A stretch of 64,000 bases of DNA from Octopus sinensis (taxonomy: Eukaryota), in NCBI RefSeq assembly GCF_006345805.1, contig NC_043008.1, forward strand, positions 15,686,001 through 15,750,000. Reading direction: 5' to 3'. The notes beneath the pieces are model-generated. The model was not told the DNA's origin. It ran no database searches and saw only the letters and a program-made list of their open reading frames with translations. The first letter of the stretch is position 1; each line of letters starts with the position of its first letter. The position numbers and the translations under genes are program-made. Shown here in pieces: positions 41,710 through 53,269 of the stretch.

Positions 41710-41994
41710 TCTCTCTCTCTGTCACACAAACACACAGCAACACACCCTTTCTGTTTCTAGCAATAAAAGTGAAACTATTTTACCGCTGAAAAATAATCGG
41801 AAGAGTCGAATGAGAGGAGGGCTACAACTCCCTATATGGGCAAAAGTCAAACCTTGACACCCCTAGAACCTTCGCCGAGTAATGAAAAACATACGTGCCA
41901 AATTTGGTATAGAATGATCCGGCACGGTTTGGCAGTGCATAGAGGAAACACACAGACACATACACACCCTAAGCATTTTTACCCATGCTAACGA

Positions 41995-42192
41995 TTCTTT
42001 TATTTCTTTACTGCCCACAAGGGGCTAAACATAGAGGGGATAAACAAGGACAGACAGACGGATTAAGTAGATTACATCGACCCCAGTGCGTAACTGCTAC
42101 TTAATTTATCGACCCCGAAAGGAAGAAAGGCAAATTCGACATCGGCGGAATCTGAACTTAGGACGTAAGGACAGACAAAGTGCCGCTAAGCA
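41995..42192 (-). mobile_element. SINE family B
   Basis: Matches family B. Confidence 0.82.
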
Positions 42193-42299
42193 CGCACAAA
42201 TCATGTATGTACACATATATATATGCACATCCAGACACATACAAAAAAAGGCACGTATTTACATATACATACGTACACACACAGATACATATATATACA

Positions 42300-42337
<38 letters not shown>

Positions 42338-42361
42338 CAAGTAAATACATACATATATATA

Positions 42362-42407
<46 letters not shown>

Positions 42408-42987
42408 GAATGTAGATTTTTATATATGTGTGTGTCTGTGTGTATAGTGCTATAGAAATATATGATTAGGGAAACTTGTGTCTGAATATAGTATTTATTG
42501 TTTAGTAAATGTAGGAGGTAAAAAAAATCTAGGTTCAAAGAGCGAAATGTTTTGTCCTCAGAAAAAAAAATGAGTTGTTTTTTTGAAAAACTAATGTGAA
42601 TCGAAGGTTATTGAATCAGTGACCGTGTATATTATTTGCTTGGCCAATTTTATACTAAAGAAAAATTCTATATTTTTAAATATATCTGTAGAGAAATGTT
42701 AAAGAACTTCTAAAGATTGCAACAAACATCAATTTCAAAACAATCCGATGAACTAACGTTTTCAGAAAATTGGTGACAGACTCAAAGAAAGTATGAATGT
42801 TGAAGACATAATTTCGGAAGAAGGGCTATCATTTATAAATTTTTTGCCAATAATGTAAAAGAACCCAGTGTCTTGTTTAACCTATATGAAACTTTTTTTG
42901 TATACTCAAACGTTTATAGGAATATTGTGTTAATTTAAATGGAGTCTTACAGGTATAAGCTGCCGTTTGTAATTTGTAAATATATTG

Positions 42988-43018
<31 letters not shown>

Positions 43019-43315
43019 TGCAGCGTGGAAGGTGTTCATAAGCCATTTAAGAAACACACAAAAACCATTAGATACACTTCAACATTTAAATTTAATTTGC
43101 CAAAATATTTTCGTCGCTTTGAGACCGCGACCTATTCACTGTCAAAATTCCGTACTGTAATGATTTTCGTTCTAGCACACGATCTCAGATCAGGCCACTT
43201 GCTATGCATGTATATCTTCGTAATAATAATAATATTAATAATGATAATAATGGTAATAATAATACAGTTTACATGTATCTTGAGCAATCTCACATTCAAT
43301 ACTAAATATACATGC

Positions 43316-43480
43316 GACGATATGCTGGCAGAATCGTTAGCACGCCGAGCAAAATGTTTCGCGGCATTTCGTCCGTCTTCACGTTTTGATTTCAAATTCC
43401 ACTCAGGTAGATTAAATAGGTACTGGGGACGACACAATTAACTCATCCCAATCCTGGCCTTTTGCCAAAATTTGAATGCA
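43316..43480 (+). mobile_element. SINE family B, diverged
   Basis: Matches family B head. Confidence 0.7.
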
Positions 43481-43574
43481 TCATTAAATGTAGTTGAATC
43501 TAAAACAAATGAGAATTACGCGCTCATTAATTAGCTAATATTGGATTTAGAATCTTTTTCTGTATTTGCTAAAA

Positions 43575-43797
43575 TAACAGGCGGTGATGAAAAGTTCCTC
43601 GCTTTAAAGTTATCGCGAAAGGACTGGTTGGACGCCCAGCATTCCGAGTTCTTTCATAGCGCTTAGAAAAACCGAGGGACCGTTGCAGTAAGTGTGTGTA
43701 TCTAAGAGGGAAATATGTTGAATAAAATCATAGTTAACTGATCCTCCTCTATTTTCATTTACTAAAAAAGCCAAGCAATTTTCAGCATCTCCTCGTA
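43575..43797 (+). mobile_element. Mariner-derived MITE
   Basis: Imperfect TIRs (..GGTGATGAAAAGTTCCTCGCTTT / AAAGCCAAGCAATTTTCAGCATCTCCTCGTA) and transposase C-terminal remnant RDRCSKCVYLRGKYVE*. Confidence 0.75.
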
Positions 43798-45087
43798 ATT
43801 CACTAAAGACGGAGTTTAATCAATCTAAAATCGAATAGTCAAGGTTATTCTCGGTGTTCAACGAATTACTGAGAATTTATCAGAGTCAATGAAGTAATGA
43901 CTGCCTCACGCAGTTTCATCAGGAAGATCGAGGAGCGAGATAATGTGTTTTTGTCTTTTAGCTGGATCCAAGAGAGGAATGCTTGCAAGAAAATGAAGTC
44001 CATTAAATGAATGCAAGGAGCACTTAATATTATTAAATGGGGAAATGGATCAAGTAAAAAACGTGAGAACGTAGAACGTGAAATATCCGAAAGAAGTACA
44101 GAATGCCTCTCGTTAAGTGTTCTAACTGGTCCATCGCCTTGCACTGATGCATTAGCTTTTCAACCATGAAAATTTGAAATATTGATTGTAACAGCTTAAA
44201 TAGTAGGTTAATTAATAGCGTTACCATCATCATCGTCTAATCATGTTCATTACTGTTTCTTGTACTAGGATTCATAGAGACACCTACTTTGTTTCTATAA
44301 TTTATTAGTGACCCCGATCACATAAATTTTCCTAAAATGGACCCCAGCCCGTCGCACTGTTGTGCATTTGCAAATGAATGGACTGAGGTAAAGTAAACTG
44401 AAATCTTTAGCTTAAGGACGCCCTCCGTGGAAATCGAAGCCACTACCTTACGTACAGCAATCTCTACCCTCACCCTCAGACAACGGACATTCATTTAGAT
44501 AAGGTGGTAAAATTTAAGCCATCAGTTTCTAATACTACTTGTATGACTGAAAAGATTCGCTGAGAATCGAAACCGAAACTCTGGCTTCTTGCAAATAACG
44601 CTTTTTATACTCCGAATTCGTTTAAAGCTTATAAATTCTTACGAGATAATTACTTTGAATTTACGCCCAAGTACACAAATATTATATAAATACGATAATA
44701 TCAATTTCCCAAGAATATTATGGAAATAAATCAAACGAATAATATGCTAAAACCAATCTTAATTAAGATTCTGTTCGTGAAGAACTTAACGCTACAACGA
44801 CAATTAATAGATTTGTCAGACGTATTTATGAAGCGTGAGTTTTCTTGTCACACAGTTTTGGAGTCAATCACCTTCCTACAGAAATTAAAGCTAAATTTGC
44901 TTCCACCAGATTCGAAACTGGATCGAATTTACTTAATACACTATTTTCTTTCCTCGATACTTTACGAAAAAGGAACTGAAATGAAAAGTTTTGATATCGT
45001 CATATTTGCATGTGAATTAACTACTGGAAGCACGATAAAGGAGAACGCGACAATACCTTCTTGCGTACGTTCTAGGGTATACTACAC

Positions 45088-45399
45088 ATATATATATATA
45101 TATTTCACCGTGACCGATCAGGCTATAAGATGTTGTTACACATCGCTGGTCACAATGCGCTTCGCATTTTTTTTTGGCCTTTAAATGACGCCACCCCGCT
45201 GGCTAAGCGAGCAGGCCAACAGAAGAAAGTGAGAGAAAGTTGTGGCAAAAGAGTACAGCAGGGATCGCCACCACCCCCTGCCGGAGCCCCGTGGAGCTTT
45301 AGGTGTTTTCGCGCAATAAACACTCACAAGGCCCGGTCTGGGAATTGAAACCGCGATCCTACGACCGCGAGTCCGCTGCCCTAACCACTGGGCTATTGC
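45088..45399 (-). mobile_element. tRNA-derived SINE family D
   Basis: Minus strand GCAATAGCCCAGTGGTTAGGGCAGCGGACTCGCGGTCGTAGGATCGCGGTTTCAATTCC head and a (TA)n tail. Confidence 0.8.
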
Positions 45400-45745
45400 C
45401 AAATGAAAACAAGTTGGCGCTGCGGCTGTGTATGAATGCTGGCCAGAAGTGTTGAGATCATATGGATAATTATAGGGTTCGGTGTCATGCTATACCTCTG
45501 GAAATGTTCCACAATTTCACCAGCATCAATTTTGGGTCTCGTAATACCCCCAATTGTAACCCTGTGTTTTACTATATATGACGCGTGGTTTAAAAAGGTA
45601 CCAACCACATTGCCTGCAACAACGAGGAGGAGCTCCTGACCAAGATTAAGGAAGTGCTCAAACTCCTTCGCTGAGAAATAGAGAGGAATGCCCGCACAAG
45701 GATCCGAAAACGTTATTAAGATCGGGGTGAAAATTATTGGCGACT
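45400..45745 (+). mobile_element. Tc1/mariner-type transposase C-terminal remnant
   Basis: NTPNCNPVFYYI..V.KGTNH.ACN..EEL..KIKEV resembles the NSPDCNPLDYYVW motif. Confidence 0.6.
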
Positions 45746-45774
45746 ACTTTGAATAAACTGCTATCTCTCTGCCT

Positions 45775-46190
45775 CAATGGAGTTGATATTTGGATCTTTT
45801 CGGTTTGAACGGCATTTTTAAAAAATAATTTCCACGTAACTAAACACTTTTAAGCATCGTATACTGGTAGAATGTGTTTATAAAACATCTTTTTCTCTTG
45901 GCTTTATTGAGAAAATTTTATAGTTTTTAAGATATTTGTTGCTTTTGTTCTTCAATTTCTGCAAGTTCAACCAATCAATGACGTCTATTGAGGTGAAAAC
46001 ATTCTGTGCCGTATGAATATGTCCCTCGTTTAAGAAACAGATTGGGGTTATTTACATTTCCGAAGAAAAAAAGATACCCTTCCCCGCACCCCTAACCCTA
46101 ACCATAACTAACCCTAGCCCTAAAACAGATTGAAATGCAATAGATCGATACCAGGGTCATAATTATGAGTGACAAAAAAAATATTTTTGG
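45775..46190. mobile_element. Unclassified element carrying degenerate (CCCTAA)n repeats at about 46090-46123
   Basis: CCCCTAACCCTAACCATAACTAACCCTAGCCCTAA. Confidence 0.4.
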
Positions 46191-46344
46191 TGAGATATCG
46201 CGGTTACTGTTTTGCAAGCAGTCCAAATTTCGGCGAGCACACTGTATATATGTATGCATATACATATGAGGATGGGTATATACATATAGTTTATATGCGC
46301 ATGTTTATTTGCGTGTCTTCCAATGTGTCTCAGTATTCGTTTGA

Positions 46345-46770
46345 ATTTTCGTATATACATTTTAGTATGCAAATATGCACATGCTTGCAAACGCTTCCCT
46401 CAACCGCTTCCATGGTCTACATGTATAGAAACTCCTTTGTCATCGGTTTGCTTTCAATTCCATTTGGAAATAATTATATTTGTTATTTGCCAATTTTCTC
46501 ACGCAGAAGAATTATTAATGAAATTTGTAAATATTCTCAGTTATCCATCATTCACTCATTCCGACACCAGATACTTGTTCGTAATATGTGGCACATCCAA
46601 CTAAGACTGCTAGGTTTCACATGAAATAATGCAATCAACACAGAATTTATAATTATACTTATGAATATGTATTTCATGACACATAAAGAAATGTAACCAT
46701 GGAATACATCCCAGAAAATCCTCAAACAAACTACAGATGTTGCTATAAGCGATCTTATACGATTTTACGA
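46345..46770. repeat. Copy 1 of a direct duplication of about 400 bp (copy 2 at about 48825-49215)
   Basis: Long shared blocks, e.g. CTCCTTTGTCATCGGTTTG and ATATGTGGCACATCCAACTAAGACTG. Confidence 0.92.
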
Positions 46771-46949
46771 TACTACTTGTACTTAAATAACGATTAGGAC
46801 ATGTTAAATGCGCAGTGTCGCCAGTTGTATTTTTGTATCTGAACAATTATTTACTCAGTAAGACAATCAATATTCTGTTTTCTCACGAATTATTTTTGTT
46901 GTTCTTCTTCTTGTCGCTGTTTTTGTTGTTATTTTTTTCATTAAGACAG

Positions 46950-47135
46950 CAAACCGGCAGAATCGTAAGGATACAGGAGAAAATGCTTAACAGCATATCG
47001 TACGTCTTAACGCTCTGAGTTCAAATTCCCACCGAAATTGTCTTTGCCATTCGTCATTTCGGTGTAGATTAATTAAGTACCAGTAATACGCTGAGGAAGA
47101 TGTAATCGACTAGTACCCGCACTCCAAATTTCAGG
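46950..47135 (+). mobile_element. SINE family B, diverged
   Basis: Matches family B. Confidence 0.7.
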
Positions 47136-47160
47136 CTCAGTGCCTCTATTATTATTATTA

Positions 47161-47198
<38 letters not shown>

Positions 47199-47362
47199 GC
47201 CTTTGCACAACTTCTAACGCTGGAGATGTACTACAGCGTCAGCTGTTAACTACCAGTGAACTAAGGAAACACCTCTTATTTTTCGATCACCTTCCGGAGA
47301 ATTCGAGCGGTTCCAAGCAGTGCTGTTTACTACAAGAGCTCCACACTTATTGCAGCCACCTT
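47199..47362 (-). mobile_element. R4/Dong-like LINE extreme 3' end in (TAA)n
   Basis: TALLGTARILRKVIEK*, then 3' UTR and (TAA)n. Confidence 0.8.
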
Positions 47363-47372
47363 ATTATTATTA

Positions 47373-47420
<48 letters not shown>

Positions 47421-47421
<1 letters not shown>

Positions 47422-47940
47422 ATGAAAACTCAAAGCTTATTTGCTGGGTTAACGGAAAGTTTCAGCTGTCCACAGCCCGCAGACTAAGGTGATACTTGTT
47501 TACTGGTCATGCTTCAACTACCCTGCGAAGAATTCTTGCAGTTCCAGGCAATGCTGATATTTGTAGGTGTATTACCTTAACACTTGCACCAATATTTTTC
47601 AGCCATGTTGGTAGTTTAGTGCTGATACTTCCAACTGCACCAATTACAATTGCTATCACGTCTACTATCTTCATTGACCACAACCTTCGCATTTCCCACT
47701 TCAAATCGTCATAGTTGTTAATTTTTTCTTCTTTCACATTGATCCTGTTGTCACTGGTGTACGCTATATCGATTGTCATACATGTTATACATGTTATATT
47801 CACCACAACAATGTCCGGTTTCCGATGTTTGGTCGGATGATCGAACTGGATCATTGCATCCCACAGGATTTCTATTTTTCGGTAACTCCTTCCGGAATTT
47901 TCTCATACTACACCTTTGTTCTGTTTTTGTTTGCTTTGTA

Positions 47941-47943
<3 letters not shown>
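47421..47943 (-). mobile_element. R4/Dong-like LINE 3' fragment (REL endonuclease)
   Basis: RKPDIVVV...IDIA...KYDDLKWEMRRLW...IVIGAVG...GTARILRRV; flanked by (TAA)n. Confidence 0.88.
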
Positions 47944-47980
<37 letters not shown>

Positions 47981-47983
<3 letters not shown>

Positions 47984-48195
47984 TAGTTTTATTTTTATAG
48001 CGTGCTTTCACTTCACTACCGAGCGCAGCTCTGTGTGCCTTAGGTATGTGCTGTGATTTGTTGTGATGCTCTGATGGTTATTGTATGGAAAGTGTTCTGC
48101 GTAGGATGTGTGCAGTGCCTAGTAGTGCAATTTTCTGTATGTTATATGTGTTTGTAAGTCCTGGTGTTTTTGTTATGTATTTGTCTAAATATTTG
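47981..48195 (-). mobile_element. R4/Dong-like LINE extreme 3' end
   Basis: KYITKTPGLTNTYNIQKIALLGTAHILRRTLSIQ*, then 3' UTR and (TAA)n. Confidence 0.85.
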
Positions 48196-48231
48196 TATTA
48201 TTATTATTATTATTTTTCATAGTAGTAGTAG

Positions 48232-48740
48232 TATTGTGCCTGTTGTGTTCCTCATATAAAGTCAGTACCACGCGAATCTATCCAGCGGAGATATTAACCC
48301 GAAGTTTGGTGTCAACATTTCCCTTCCCCCCCAAAAAAACAGAGCAAACTATTGATCCTTGCAAAATAAAAATAGATCGATTGTGCCAGTTGGCAATATC
48401 TGTTTCAATGCCAGTAGCATTTAGCCTCTTAGGAAGCGGTCCGATTGAATTCCTGAATGCTACAATTAGAGCAATGACAGTTTTCTCGCCTCTTTCCGTT
48501 AGCCATTGAATTGTAGCAATGATCAGCAGATGCCGTATCACAAAGTGTTTATATCTAAACCAATATATACGTCTTAGCACTGTTTATTCGTCACGGAGGG
48601 AACCAAATGTAATCGAAACACTGGAGATACAGCGACGTTCTGTGGAGTATCCAATGTCTGTCATACATAATTCTTTTTCAGAGGCTTCCCCGAGAGTGGA
48701 TATTAGAGATAATGCCGTTCAGATTTGAGTAGACGTTAAA
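48232..48740 (-). mobile_element. Old REL-type LINE 3' fragment
   Basis: VIALIVAF...L..RLNATGI...LQGS resembles the REL C-terminus; followed by TAG/TAA repeats. Confidence 0.33.
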
Positions 48741-48824
48741 AATATTATATACACAGATCTCTTAACGTGAGGTTAAGATATAAATTGAATTCCAACTTCG
48801 CATTCGAGCAAATCACTAAAAATT

Positions 48825-49215
48825 TCCTTATTCACATTTTATATATGCACATGCTTGGAAACACTTCTCTCAGACACTTCCATGGTCTACATGTACATAT
48901 ACTCCTTTGTCATCGGTTTGTTTTCAGTTCTATTTGGAAATAATTATATTTATTATTTGCCAATTTTCTCACCCAGAAGAATTATTAATGAAATTATAAA
49001 TATTCTCAGTTATCCATCATTCATTCATATCTGTTGCTTGTTCCCAATATGTGGCACATCCAACTAAGACTGTTAGGTTTCACATGAAATACTGTAATCA
49101 ACAGAGAATATATAATTATATCTATGAATATGTGTCACTTGGAAAATAAAGAAATAAAATACATCCCAGAAAAACTACAGATGTGGTTATAAGCGACCTG
49201 ACACGGTTTACAATA
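48825..49215. repeat. Copy 2 of the duplication of about 400 bp
   Basis: See 46345-46770. Confidence 0.92.
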
Positions 49216-49543
49216 TTGCTGGTATTTAATGTTGATGCGAACAGGAAAGATAGAACTCAAAAAGCTTTCAGAACTTCTGTCGTTGTTGAGTACTCGCCAT
49301 TTGTGAACAAACCAGATATACAAGATATATTCTCCTTGACAAAACGTAGTGAGTAGCTTCTTCCCCAGTTCGAACGTACAACAAGCATATTCGGACTAAT
49401 AATAACTTGGGAAATATGGTGCTAAACCCTGTTATTTAAATGAGTTTTCCCACGGACACCTTTTAATATGCTTATGCTTATGTGTGTATGTTTGTTGACA
49501 AATCGTGTGTACACACCTAGATCATCTCGCAGCCCCACCTACC

Positions 49544-49601
49544 TAGTGTGTGAGATGCCAGCATTTCGGAATAGTTATCGCCTCATCAGTCATAGACACC
49601 A
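49544..49601 (-). ncRNA. Type I hammerhead ribozyme (Penelope/retrozyme-like)
   Basis: Minus strand TGGTGTCTATGA-CTGATGA-GGCGATAACTATTCC-GAAA-TGCTGGCA-TC-TCACACACTA: all core bases present, AUC cleavage triplet, stems I-III can be drawn. Confidence 0.65.
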
Positions 49602-50006
49602 TGCACAGGATGCTACGAGCTGAATTAAGAGACAACCTCTCTTATAATTTCCCAGTCACCATACGGTGACTGGTAGTATTATACGACCACTCACCGCAAG
49701 AAAATTACGAAGGGAGAGCGCTAAGCTATGATAAGTGAAATTGCAATGTTATTATCAGTCCGAATATGTTTGCTGCACGTTCAAACTGGGGAAGAAACGA
49801 CTCAACGCATTTTGTCACTGAGAATATATCTTGCTTGTTGACATTCGTTTTGTTTCCACAGATGTTTTTTTGTGTATCCTTTGTTGTATTTGTTTTATTG
49901 TTGTCTATAATAAGAAACGTAAAATCCTACCTGTCTGAGACCCAAGAATCTCGATCTATATTTGGTCTACATAGAAATGTTATACCATTTTGGAATCATT
50001 TTGGAA

Positions 50007-50422
50007 AAGCGGCGAGCTGGCAGAAACGTTAGCATGCCGGGTGAAATGCATAGCGGCATTTCGTTTGCCGTTACGTTCTGAGTTCAAATTCCGCCGAGAT
50101 CGACTTTGTCTTACATCCTTTCAGGGTCGATAAATTAAGTACCAGTTACGCACTGGAGTCGATGTAATCGACTTAATCCGTTTGTCTGTCCTTGTGTGTC
50201 CTCTCTGTGTTTAGCCCCTTGTGGGTAGTAAAGAAATAGGTATTTCGTCTGCCATTACGTTCTGAGCTCACATTCCGCTGAGGTCGACTTTCCCTTTCAT
50301 CCCTTCTGGTTCAATTAAATAAGTACCAGTTACGCACTGGGGTCGATGTAATCGACTTAATCCCTTTGTCTGTCTTTGTTTGTCCCCTCTATGTTTAGCC
50401 CCTTGTGGGCAATAAAGAAATA
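50007..50422 (+). mobile_element. SINE family B dimer (one head plus two units), flanked by TSD
   Basis: TATACCATTTTGGAATCA at 49981-49998 and 50423-50440; unit junction at 50239/50240. Confidence 0.92.
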
Positions 50423-50767
50423 TATACCATTTTGGAATCAAGATGATTCCTGAATTGAAAATCTGTCCTTCATTTTGTTCTTGAACATCCAAGACTGGAA
50501 TCTGATTAAAAAGCATTTGGGTTGCTATTTCTTGCTGGTAAAGCGCTTGGCTGATAAATAGCATTCGCTTCGTTAGGTTTATGTCGAAATAAGAACTTTA
50601 GAACAAAGTTACCAGCAGCTGAAATTCAAATTCAGATTGGAACAATTGAATGAGTGCATTCTCACCCTTCCTTAACCTCTGATCAAACTCCACACGGGCA
50701 TATAGTCATTATAGACGAATTACAGTCAGCCTATTTAGCCGCAGGTCCAATTAGCCTTGTCTAAAAG

Positions 50768-50905
50768 CCTGCAGAGAGTGCGGTTTTTAAGCTAGTACAT
50801 AATAATTTTGGAATTACTTATAGGAATATTTGTACTGTTGGGCCCTCGCGTTGGAAAGTTATGTTAAAATTCTTCAAGATATAAACGTAGTTAATTTATA
50901 CATAG
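50768..50905. repeat. Direct repeat of about 140 bp (second copy at about 51887-52027)
   Basis: CCTGCAGAGAGTGCGGTTTTTAAG...CTTCAAGATATAAACGTAGT shared by both copies. Confidence 0.88.
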
Positions 50906-51062
50906 GTGCTACGCAGTGGGACAAAACCTGGAACCATGCAGTTGGTAAGCCAGCTACTTGACCACACTGCCACCCTTGCGGCTCCACCACTCCTGTGCTA
51001 TTATCTATATATACCTATATATATATATATATATATATTCTTTACCCAACGTTTTCTATGCA

Positions 51063-51699
51063 TAGGCGTAGGAGTGGCTGTGTGGTAAGTAGCTTGCTTA
51101 TGAACCACATTGTTCCGGCTTCAGTCCTCCTGCGTGACAACTTGGGCAATTGTCTTCTACTATAGCCTCGGACCGACCACAGCTTTGTCAGTGGATTTGG
51201 TAGATGGCAAATGAATGAAGCCTGTCGTATATATGTATGTATGTGTATATATGTGTATATATGTGTGGTAAGTAGCTTGCTAACCAACCACATGGTTCCG
51301 GGTTCAGTCCCACTGCGTGGCATCTTGGGCAAGTGTCTTCTGCTATAGCCCCGGGCCGACCAATGCCTTGTGAGTGGATTTGGTAGACGGAAACTGAAAG
51401 AAGCCTGTCGTATATATGTATATATATGTGTGTGTTTGTTTGTGTGTCTGTGTTTGTTCCCCTAGCATTGCTTGACAACGATGATGCTGGTGTGTTACGT
51501 CCCCGTCACTTAGCGGTTCGGCAAAAAAGAGACGATAGAATAAGTACTGGGCTTACAAAGAATAAGTCCCGGGGTCGAGCTGCTCGTATTAAAGGCGGTG
51601 CTCAGCATGGCCGCAGTCAAATGACTGAAACAAGTAAAAGAGAAAAAGAGAAAAAGATATATAATATATATATATATATATTATTTATATATATATATT

Positions 51700-51763
<64 letters not shown>

Positions 51764-51890
51764 ATATTTATATATATATGTATGTGTGTGTGTTTGTGTA
51801 TCTGTGCTTTTCCCCAACATCACCGTAACTTAGCGGTTCGGCAGAAAAGACCGATAGAATAAGTACTAGGCTCACAAAGAATAAGTCCTG
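51063..51890 (+). mobile_element. Cluster of SINE A pieces (5' half, full copy, extra 3' half)
   Basis: Repeated family A segments separated by TA microsatellites. Confidence 0.85.
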
Positions 51891-53092
51891 CAGAGAGTGC
51901 GGTTTTTAAGACAGTACGTAATAATTTTGGAGTTATTTCTATATAGAGGAATATTTTTACTGTTGGCGTCTCTCGTTGGAACGTTCTGTTTACATGCTTC
52001 AAGATATAAACGTAGTAAATTTACGTGGGTAGAATGTCGCTGGAAATTATGCATGTAGTATAGAAGCATACGTCTCACACGTATAGGTATGTCATATTTT
52101 ATATTTGTGACATGATAATCAATTATGATTTTTCTGTTTATATTGCCATTACTTCCGTCGAATACCCTATTATGTGTTTTTTTCCCCTTTTAATGTAGAT
52201 ATTTGCACGATCCTACGTTTTATGCACGAGATTCAAACTCCCTATTATTCGTGATGAGCTGAATGTTAACATTTAATTTGTATTATTTGTCGTATTTGTG
52301 CAGCATTACGGAATCTCCAGGTGCTAATATGAACATGCCATGATATCTTGTTTACAAGTGCTATCAAATCATCGACTGCTACGAACATTTGTAATGCAAC
52401 AAATATTTATATGAGATTATGGACGGAAATTTTACAAATATTAGTGACAAAATTAACCTTCAATTATTTCTTTCTTTTTTACATTTCGTGTTCTTGCTTT
52501 GTAATAATTATTATTGAAAATGATTTGAAAGGCAGATACAATGCATTATCAAATATTTTTGTTAATATTATTGATGTTGGTATTATTTTAGTTGTTTTTG
52601 TTTTATACGGGTGTTCCCACATTTATCCACCAAATTATTTTGTAAGGTAAAATTGATGTTTTTGAAACAAAGGAGGTCAAATACTGAGGATTTAGACTTT
52701 GTAAAAAAAAGTTGTAACAGCAGCGATTCCTGAAAGATTTAAAAAGTGTTAATATTCTCACGTTAACGGCAGTAGTTTCAGAACTGTATCAATGACTGTG
52801 ATTCTGATTTGAAGTCCTAACAATTTTGGTTTTCTTGATAATTAGCTATGATAATTAGGGGTGCCATTTCATATTTCAATATATTTTATACGTGATGTTA
52901 GGTTATATGGAGGTATACGTTTCCCCACTTTTGGGGGCAAGTGTGTATATATATGTATATATATATGTAAATGTAAAAAAATACAACTGGGACAAGAACG
53001 TGAAACATTTAGAAGGCGATACAAAAATCACGGACGGGACATTCGAAGCCTTCAATCTTCAGTCAAGAACCGGATCATCTTCGCAATTTCGG

Positions 53093-53171
<79 letters not shown>

Positions 53172-53220
53172 GTATGTATACACACACACACACAAACACA
53201 TATATATATATGTATGTCTT

Positions 53221-53265
<45 letters not shown>

Positions 53266-53269
53266 GCAT

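Noticed and set aside
43866-44233. Protein-like frames
   Set aside because: No diagnostic motif and multiple stops in every plus-strand frame; left unassigned
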